The notes under the pieces are model-generated. The model did no database searches, had not been told where the DNA came from, and was given only the letters and a program-made list of their open reading frames with translations. A DNA stretch of 64,000 nucleotides. Source: Candidatus Omnitrophota bacterium. GTDB lineage: Bacteria; Omnitrophota; Gorgyraeia; 2-01-FULL-45-10. Location of the stretch: contig CAIMPC010000063.1 of the NCBI GenBank assembly GCA_903843285.1, positions 4,627 through 68,626 on the forward strand, in the 5' to 3' direction. The translations under genes and the position numbers were made by a program. Shown one piece after another: positions 57,575 to 64,000 of the stretch; the first letter of the stretch is position 1; each line of letters starts with the position of its first letter.

Positions 57575-58864
57575 TTATCTTTTGATTGCCCTGTATGCAA
57601 TATCGGTGCGATAATGCATACGATCAAAATGTATTGCCCTCACCGCTTCGTAACAACGATCTATCGCCAACTTAAAATCGGCGCCAAGGGCAGTTATATT
57701 TAGGACACGCCCACCATTGGAAAGAAACAGATTATGCCTGTCTGTAGCTCGCCTGCCTAATTTCGTCCCTGCGTGAAAAATAATAACATCGTCCATCTTA
57801 GAAGCCTCGTTCAGACCTCTTATCTCCATGCCCTTATGAAAATTATTGGGATATCCACCTGAAGCCGCCACCACAGATACGCAAGGCCTGGCGTCCCATT
57901 CCACGTCATAGTTTTTCAAATTGCCATCTACGGCACGTTCCATTATATCGACCAGATCCGATTTGAGCCTGGGCATTATCGCCTGAGTCTCGGGATCACC
58001 GAAGCGGACATTGAATTCAAGCACATAAGGTCCTTTGTCGGTGATCATTATGCCGGCGTATAGCGCACCCTTATAAGGTGTACCTTCGACAGCGAGAGCT
58101 CTTATCACAGGATAAATGGACGTATCGAGTATTTTTTTTAGCAAATCTTCTGTCACTACGGGAGCCGGAGAATACGCGCCCATTCCTCCCGTGTTCGGAC
58201 CTTTATCTCCATCGAATATTCTCTTATGGTCCTGGCTTGACTCCAACGTGACTATATTATTTCCATCCGATATAACGATAACGGATACTTCTTCTCCGAT
58301 CAAACAATCCTCTATTATCACCTTATCGCCGGATGAGCCAAATGCTCTGTCGACCATTATCTTCTGAAGCGCCGCCTTAGCATCGCTCATAGACTTACAG
58401 ACCACAACCCCTTTACCCGAGGCCAGACCATCGGCTTTTATTACGATGGGCGACTTCTTCCCTTCGAGATATTTTAACGCATCCTCGTATCCGGTAAATA
58501 CTTTAAAGTCGGCGGTGGGAACTCCGAGTTTCTTCATGAGCTCCTTGGAAAATACTTTGCTTCCTTCCAGCTGAGCGAGGGCTTTCGTAGGACCGAATAT
58601 TTTAAGGCCTGCTTTCTGAAAGGCATCAACTATGCCGCAGGTGAGCGGCAGCTCGGGACCTACTATCGTCAGGCCCACTTTATTAGCCTTCGCGAAATTC
58701 AATAACCCGTCAATATCATCAACTTTAATATTTACGATCTCGGCGATATCGGACATCCCGTCATTGCCGGGGGCAACATACAGTTTTCCACACTTCGAGC
58801 TCTGGGCTATCTTCCACGCCAGGGCATGCTCCCTGCCACCGGCTCCTACTAAAAGGATATTCAC
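57575..58864 (-). CDS. purD: phosphoribosylamine--glycine ligase
   Basis: 429 aa with an ATP-grasp fold. Confidence 0.9.
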   Translation of the reverse strand: MNILLVGAGGREHALAWKIAQSSKCGKLYVAPGNDGMSDIAEIVNIKVDDIDGLLNFAKANKVGLTIVGPELPLTCGIVDAFQKAGLKIFGPTKALAQLEGSKVFSKELMKKLGVPTADFKVFTGYEDALKYLEGKKSPIVIKADGLASGKGVVVCKSMSDAKAALQKIMVDRAFGSSGDKVIIEDCLIGEEVSVIVISDGNNIVTLESSQDHKRIFDGDKGPNTGGMGAYSPAPVVTEDLLKKILDTSIYPVIRALAVEGTPYKGALYAGIMITDKGPYVLEFNVRFGDPETQAIMPRLKSDLVDIMERAVDGNLKNYDVEWDARPCVSVVAASGGYPNNFHKGMEIRGLNEASKMDDVIIFHAGTKLGRRATDRHNLFLSNGGRVLNITALGADFKLAIDRCYEAVRAIHFDRMHYRTDIAYRAIKR

Positions 58865-58890
58865 CTACGTCATGCCCCCAACAATAAAAA

Positions 58891-59889
58891 TCATATCATC
58901 TCCACGCATCCGTTACCCTTAAGAACCCTTCCTATCACATGAGACTTTAGTCCGGTAGCACTCAGTGTCGACTGTGCCTTATCTACGGAATTACGGCCTA
59001 CAACGACTACCATGCCAATGCCCATGTTTAGCGCCCTGTACATCTCCCTGTCTTCTATATTGCCCTTCTTCTTAATAAACTCGAATATCCACGGCGGGCT
59101 CCAGGAATCTTTCGATATTTCAATAGCCATCCCTTTCGGAATTATCCTCGGTATCTTATCGTAGAATGCACCCCCGGTAATATTAGCTATACCTTTTATC
59201 TTCACCTTTTTAGTCAAATTTAGGACATGCTTTGCGTAAAGGCGCGTGGGCTTCAATAATTCCTTGGAATACAATTTGAGTTCTCTTGCGCTCAACGCTT
59301 TACGGACGAGTGAATAACCGTTCGAATGTAAACCGCTCGATTCGAGCCCCAGGACGACATCGCCTGCAATGGTTCCCGCGCCATCTATCACATTCTTCTT
59401 ATCCACAATACCTACGCCGAAACCGGCCAGATCATATTCACCTTCGCCATACATTCCGGGCATCTCCGCGGTCTCACCGCCTACGAGCGCATATCCGGCC
59501 TCTTTACACGCGACAGATATGCCTTTCACCACATCTCTCAACACGCTCGATCGGATCTTCCCGGTCGCTATATAATCTAGAAAGAATAACCCCTCGGCAC
59601 CCGAGCAGAGTATGTCGTTCACGCTCATTGCGACCAGATCTATACCCACGGTATCGTGTTTATCGGCAAGAAACGCTATCTTAAGTTTAGTTCCAACGCC
59701 ATCGGTCGAAGAGACCAGAAGAGGATCCTTAAACCGTCTGAATCCGGGCCTGAATAGCGCGCCAAAACTCCCAACGTCGCTGATGACACCCTTAATCTTC
59801 GTCGAAGCCGCGAAACGCTTATAGTCAGTGACGAGCTTATTCGCCTTGTCTATATCTACACCTGATGATTTATATGTAATTTTTTCCAC
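58891..59889 (-). CDS. purM: phosphoribosylformylglycinamidine cyclo-ligase
   Basis: 332 aa AIR synthetase fold. The likely start is GTG at 59889, with a GAGGAG Shine-Dalgarno. Confidence 0.9.
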   Translation of the reverse strand: MEKITYKSSGVDIDKANKLVTDYKRFAASTKIKGVISDVGSFGALFRPGFRRFKDPLLVSSTDGVGTKLKIAFLADKHDTVGIDLVAMSVNDILCSGAEGLFFLDYIATGKIRSSVLRDVVKGISVACKEAGYALVGGETAEMPGMYGEGEYDLAGFGVGIVDKKNVIDGAGTIAGDVVLGLESSGLHSNGYSLVRKALSARELKLYSKELLKPTRLYAKHVLNLTKKVKIKGIANITGGAFYDKIPRIIPKGMAIEISKDSWSPPWIFEFIKKKGNIEDREMYRALNMGIGMVVVVGRNSVDKAQSTLSATGLKSHVIGRVLKGNGCVEMI

Positions 59890-59920
59890 AATCCTATGCT
59901 CCTCATAGACCTAATCTGCC

Positions 59921-59941
59921 ATTTCTAACCAGGTTAGATAT
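59921..59941 (-). promoter_or_regulatory. palindrome ATTTCTAACC-A-GGTTAGATAT overlapping the purC stop, 31 nt upstream of purM
   Basis: Near-identical to the palindrome at 30509-30530. The shared 25-mer is GCCAT(A/T)TCTAACC(C)AGGTTAGATAT. Confidence 0.3.
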
Positions 59942-60644
59942 CCATTATCCGGCGAAGGACTTCCTGGTACGCCTCTTCTACATTGCCCATATCCCGCCTG
60001 AAACGATCCTTATCGAGCTTCTCCTTCGTCGTCTTGTCCCAGAGCCTGCATGTGTCGGGAGAGATCTCGTCGGCCAGTATGATCTGGCCCTTAAATCGGC
60101 CGAACTCGAGCTTAAAGTCGACGAGTATAATGCCCTTAGAATCGAAGAACTTCTTCAGCTCTTCATTAACCTTAAGTGAATATTTATCGATCGTCTCAAG
60201 CTCTTTATCCGTGGCTATACCAAGCGCCTTTACGTGATACTCGTTAATAAGCGGGTCGTGGAGCTTGTCTTCTTTATAATGGTACTCCAGAACCGGCTCC
60301 TTTAAGACAATCCCTTCTTCCAGTCCGAGAAGTTTCGCCATTCCCCCGGCGACTATGTTCCTCACAGTCATCTCGATCGGCACTATCTCGACTTTTTTTA
60401 CCAGCATGTCTCGATCGTTAAGCCTTTTAACAAAGTGCGTCGGTACGCCTTTTTTTGCGAGTAGCTCAAATATCTTCTCGGAGAGCTTATTATTTATTAT
60501 GCCTTTATTCAGGACGGTACCACGCTTCGTGGCATCGAATGCCGTGGCGTCGTCTTTAAATTCCTGTATAACGAGGTCCGGATTATCGGTAGAAAATAAT
60601 TTCTTGGCCTTGCCTTCATATATCTGTTTAATCTTTTCCATCAC
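59934..60644 (-). CDS. purC: SAICAR synthetase
   Basis: 236 aa with a PurC N-terminus. Confidence 0.9.
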   Translation of the reverse strand: MMEKIKQIYEGKAKKLFSTDNPDLVIQEFKDDATAFDATKRGTVLNKGIINNKLSEKIFELLAKKGVPTHFVKRLNDRDMLVKKVEIVPIEMTVRNIVAGGMAKLLGLEEGIVLKEPVLEYHYKEDKLHDPLINEYHVKALGIATDKELETIDKYSLKVNEELKKFFDSKGIILVDFKLEFGRFKGQIILADEISPDTCRLWDKTTKEKLDKDRFRRDMGNVEEAYQEVLRRIMDI

Positions 60645-60674
60645 TCCCCCGTATCTCTATCTGCTTTTAACGCC

Positions 60675-61967
60675 CTAAATACCGACCTTCCTGAATATAG
60701 CATCCACATTCTTAGTGTGATATTTGAAATCGAATATCTCTTCTATTTCATCTTCCGCTAATAGCGACTGCATGGATTCATCTCTGACGAGCGCATCTTT
60801 AAATGTCATATTATCACGTTTTGCCGCAAATGCGATCGCTTGCACTTTATCATATGCCTCGTTGCGAGAAAGGCCTTTGTCGATAAGCGCGAGTAATAGC
60901 TTCCCCGAAAACACGATACCGCCCGATCTATTAATGTTCTCCATCATCCGATCTTCGTTCACGACGAGGTGCGCCACTATATCTATGAATTTATTCAGCA
61001 TATAATCCAGCGCTATCGTCGAATCCGGAAGCACTACCCTCTCAGCCGAGGAATGTGAAATGTCACGTTCATGCCATAGGACCATGTTCTCTAGGCCAAC
61101 CGTAGAATTTGCGCGCAGAATCCTGGCTAAGCCCGCAATACGCTCGCACATGACAGGATTCTTCTTGTGGGGCATGGCGCTCGAACCCTTCTGGCCCTTA
61201 GAGAAAAATTCTTCCACCTCGCCTATCTCGGTGTGCTGTAGATTTCTGAACTCTGTCGCGAACTTCTCGAGCGACGTAGCCGTGATCGCCATCGCAGCTA
61301 AAAACTCCGCATGCCGATCGCGCTGAAGTATCTGTGTCGATATGCGTGCGGCCCTCAGACCGAGCTTCTTACAGACGTATGCCTCGACGGACGGCTCGAT
61401 ATTGGCGTATGTCCCGACAGCGCCCGAGATCTTACCGACGCTGACTATCTCACGCGCCTTTTTAAGCCTTTCAAGGTTGCGCCCCATCTCATCGTAGTAA
61501 AGCGCCATCTTAAGACCGAATGTCATAGGCTCCGCATGTACTGAGTGTGTGCGCCCTATCATAATCGTCTTCTTATACCTTGTAGCTTTTCCACGCAGAA
61601 TACGCATCAGCTTCTCAACGTCATCTATTAATATGTCGCACGCCTCCTGCATCTGGGCAGATAGGGCCGTATCCAGCACATCGCTCGAGGTGAGGCCCAT
61701 GTGTATATATTTGGCATCCTCCCCTACGTATTCGGAGACACACTTAATGAAGGCTATCACGTCATGATTAGTTACAGCCTCAATCTCTTTTATTCTGTCT
61801 ACATTAAACTTAGCCCTCTTCCGGATCTCGGACAAAGACGCTTTGGGAATACGCCCGAGCTTTGCCAGAGCTTCGCAAGCATGTATCTCAACGTCGAGCA
61901 TCTTCCGGAATCGGTTCTCCTCGCCCCATATCGCAGTCATTCTGGGTAGTGAATATCTCTGTATCAT
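60675..61967 (-). CDS. purB: adenylosuccinate lyase
   Basis: 430 aa with the fumarate-lyase signature SSAMPHKKNP. Confidence 0.9.
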   Translation of the reverse strand: MIQRYSLPRMTAIWGEENRFRKMLDVEIHACEALAKLGRIPKASLSEIRKRAKFNVDRIKEIEAVTNHDVIAFIKCVSEYVGEDAKYIHMGLTSSDVLDTALSAQMQEACDILIDDVEKLMRILRGKATRYKKTIMIGRTHSVHAEPMTFGLKMALYYDEMGRNLERLKKAREIVSVGKISGAVGTYANIEPSVEAYVCKKLGLRAARISTQILQRDRHAEFLAAMAITATSLEKFATEFRNLQHTEIGEVEEFFSKGQKGSSAMPHKKNPVMCERIAGLARILRANSTVGLENMVLWHERDISHSSAERVVLPDSTIALDYMLNKFIDIVAHLVVNEDRMMENINRSGGIVFSGKLLLALIDKGLSRNEAYDKVQAIAFAAKRDNMTFKDALVRDESMQSLLAEDEIEEIFDFKYHTKNVDAIFRKVGI

Positions 61968-61994
61968 ATACTCCTCTTTTTTATTCGGAACAAT

Positions 61995-62023
61995 ATCTTA
62001 TTATATATGGATGAGGGTGTCAA
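61995..62023 (-). promoter_or_regulatory. purB promoter TTGACA-N17-TAAGAT
   Basis: A perfect -35 lies at fwd 62018-62023 and the -10 at fwd 61995-62000. An AAGAGGAG Shine-Dalgarno sits 8 nt before the purB ATG. Confidence 0.45.
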
Positions 62024-62202
62024 TTAAAGAAAAATGAGATGTTGGGAATGGAGAAGGTTCAAGCCTAACTTGCGGCTATGCGCAAAACAACAAAATATTA
62101 AAATGTTTTCGGTCGTGAACAGAAAGTTCGCAGGGGTCGCGTCTTCACACTTCACGCTTCTTAATCAGTTATGTGCAAAATAAATTGACTCTGACCCCTT
62201 TT

Positions 62203-63000
62203 TTACCCAGTTTTTGCTTTCCTGCTTTTCATTAACAGCATGAGGATCGTGGCCAGGCATATGATCAGCAGGGCGGTAAGGACATATATCTCTATTTTTG
62301 CCGAGCGCCTTCTTGTTTTCCATACCTGCGCCTTACCCTGAACCTTCTCTGCAGGGACGGGCGTCGTAATTGCTTCCATCCCGGCTTCTTTTAACGGCCG
62401 CGCTCGGAACCCTAAAGCTATTGCTTTATTTATGTCTGATAGAGTCTTAACATAATCCTTCTTTGAAAAATATGCTATAGCGCGCGCACTGTAGGCCAAT
62501 GGAAACTCCGGCCTTATCTCTATGACTTTGTCATAATCACTCAGGGCTTGTTTTATATCATTTTTTTTGAAGTAGGCCAACCCGCGGCCATACAATGCAT
62601 CCACGGCGTTAGGATTGATCTCCAGAACCTTATTATAATCAGCTATGGCCGCGTCGAATGAACCCATCTTGTAAAAGGCAAGTCCGCGGTTATAGTAGGC
62701 GTCTGCGGAACCGGAAGTAAACGCTATTACTTTATCAAAATCAGAAACGGACTCTTTTAGCCTGCCCTGTTTATAGTAGATGAGGGCGCGATCATAGTAG
62801 GCGCTGGTGGAAGCGGGAGCCAGCGTTATGACTTTACCGAATTCCGCTATCGCTTTATCGTTATCTCCCTGCTGCCCGTACTCCAAGCCCTTTTTCAGGG
62901 AATCTTCCGCGACGCTACCGGAATAAGCGTGGTAGTAAAGAATAAATACCATTATTACGGCCAATGCGCTGATTCGGGCCACTTTATTTTGCCATTTCAT
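62203..63000 (-). CDS. TPR-repeat membrane-anchored protein
   Basis: 265 aa with an N-terminal TM, about five TPR repeats and a C-terminal TM. Confidence 0.65.
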   Translation of the reverse strand: MKWQNKVARISALAVIMVFILYYHAYSGSVAEDSLKKGLEYGQQGDNDKAIAEFGKVITLAPASTSAYYDRALIYYKQGRLKESVSDFDKVIAFTSGSADAYYNRGLAFYKMGSFDAAIADYNKVLEINPNAVDALYGRGLAYFKKNDIKQALSDYDKVIEIRPEFPLAYSARAIAYFSKKDYVKTLSDINKAIALGFRARPLKEAGMEAITTPVPAEKVQGKAQVWKTRRRSAKIEIYVLTALLIICLATILMLLMKSRKAKTG

Positions 63001-64000
63001 TGCGTCCTCTTTTCATTATCCTCACCGCCCAAACAATCCTCCCCTACCATAATTGCACTATTATTTCTATTGTTGCTATGCTCAGAAGCGCCTAATAACC
63101 TTTGCGCTGTCCGCCTAAAGAAATTATTGAGAGTAGAAGAGTCGAACCGCATAAATATCCCGATGACGATATCTATGGGAGAAAGAAATATGATGAGAAG
63201 ATACATCAATAAATGACGACTGCGTCCGATCTTTTTCCAGTATAAGGCTGATAGGCGTGACTTCCCGGCCATTTTATTGTATCTAACCTGAAAATGTTTC
63301 GAGAGACGCTTAAAATCCATATCGTGATCGGCCAGCAGAAACCTTTTATCTGAGATCTCGGAAAAGACATTCTTATTATAGATATCGTATTCCGACATGG
63401 TGAATTTCGGTGTCACATATTTTTCATATATTCTCGTCCCCAAAAGCGGGACGGTGAGCATCACACTAATCATAGTAGGCCGTATCTCATCCAATAGTTG
63501 TTCCGTAAGCATGATATCCTTTTCTCTCTCATGGGGCAGGTTGAGCATTATGTTAGCAAATGTCCTTATGCCGCTTCTCTTACAAAGATCAAATGCCCTT
63601 TTAATCTGCTCCACCGTTATCCCTTTCCCGATCCCATCGAGCATCGCCTGAGATCCCGATTCTACGCCAAAGTCGAGCTGCAAAAGGCCTGATTTACGCA
63701 TCAGCTGTAAGAGAGACTGGTCGTTAACCAGATTAACTCGCGTTTCTGCGCCCCACACCAGATTTAATCCTGTATGTACAAGCTTTTCACAGAATTCGGT
63801 CACTCTCTCCCTTGACAATAGAAAGCAATCATCCTGTATGTAAAATCCGTCTATCCCGTGTTCGCGCGCCAGATACTTCAGCTCTTCGATCACCATATTC
63901 ACATCGCGATACCTGACCCTGGGCACGTTTCCGCTATTCTGCTGCAGGTAATTGGAGGCGCAGAACTCGCAGTTGTATGGACAACCTCTCGAAGTAAATA
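62997..64000 (-). CDS. B12-binding-domain radical SAM protein (5' end beyond window end)
   Basis: The reading frame continues upstream of the listed start through CPYNCEFC (CxxxCxxC) at 63960-63990. The gene is partial. Confidence 0.7.
   Translation of the reverse strand, partial: FTSRGCPYNCEFCASNYLQQNSGNVPRVRYRDVNMVIEELKYLAREHGIDGFYIQDDCFLLSRERVTEFCEKLVHTGLNLVWGAETRVNLVNDQSLLQLMRKSGLLQLDFGVESGSQAMLDGIGKGITVEQIKRAFDLCKRSGIRTFANIMLNLPHEREKDIMLTEQLLDEIRPTMISVMLTVPLLGTRIYEKYVTPKFTMSEYDIYNKNVFSEISDKRFLLADHDMDFKRLSKHFQVRYNKMAGKSRLSALYWKKIGRSRHLLMYLLIIFLSPIDIVIGIFMRFDSSTLNNFFRRTAQRLLGASEHSNNRNNSAIMVGEDCLGGEDNEKRTQ

Noticed and set aside
1-64000. rRNA genes, prophage, transposase/IS elements and toxin-antitoxin or defence systems.
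   Set aside because: No ORF shows a transposase DDE, integrase tyrosine-recombinase, phage structural, restriction-modification or Cas signature. No rRNA-like conserved stretches were found. The window is chromosomal core plus the hydrogenase island.

Overview
This 64-kb window looks like part of the chromosome of an uncultivated-type Gram-negative anaerobe, about 45% GC. The outer-membrane/LPS assignment rests on lpxB, lpxC, an LpxI-type hydrolase, fabZ, skp and bamA. About 85 genes are present, and nearly all sit on the minus strand in one co-directional array running from the window end down to about 4.1 kb. Only a Gfo/Idh/MocA oxidoreductase, lpxB and a ppiD-like chaperone are on the plus strand.

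Gene content in order:
- A partial MsbA-like ABC exporter at the window start, then the oxidoreductase and lpxB.
- A complete biotin operon (bioB-bioF-bioH-like-bioC-bioD-bioA) with a nested inverted-repeat element between bioD and bioA and a BirA-like half-site over the bioB promoter.
- pabB and pabC.
- An ~18-kb [NiFe]-hydrogenase island, described below.
- lpxI-fabZ-lpxC, then skp-bamA and dnaB.
- rplI-rpsR-ssb-rpsF, then pth-rplY-prs-glmU.
- tRNA-Gln(UUG) with a perfect tandem 101-bp duplication that includes the tRNA 3' end.
- spoVG carrying an inserted zinc ribbon, then ispE.
- A split transketolase whose two halves are separated by an ftsH-like protease and a lipoprotein.
- A TPR protein, a 29-aa highly basic bS22-like peptide, hisG, the ppiD-like chaperone, an AmmeMemoRadiSam-type radical SAM enzyme, nrdR, dCMP deaminase, glyA, rpiB, an LMW-PTP, tsaC, purE-purD-purM-purC-purB, a second TPR protein and a partial B12-binding radical SAM gene.

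The hydrogenase island is the most unusual region. It carries a truncated hypF (Kae1-like domain only), hypC, a 556-aa secreted protein, hypD and hypE. The structural operon follows: a HydB/HydG (AsrA/AsrB-like) NAD(P)H module, a CooF/HycB-like ferredoxin, NuoH-, NuoB-, NuoC- and NuoD-like subunits (the NuoD-like one being a group 4 [NiFe] large subunit), a complete MrpA-G antiporter module, an embedded PhoU-like gene, a NuoI-like ferredoxin and a HycI-like endopeptidase.

No CRISPR array, transposase, integrase, rRNA or prophage gene was seen. An almost identical ~22-bp palindrome sits in front of hypF and in front of purM.
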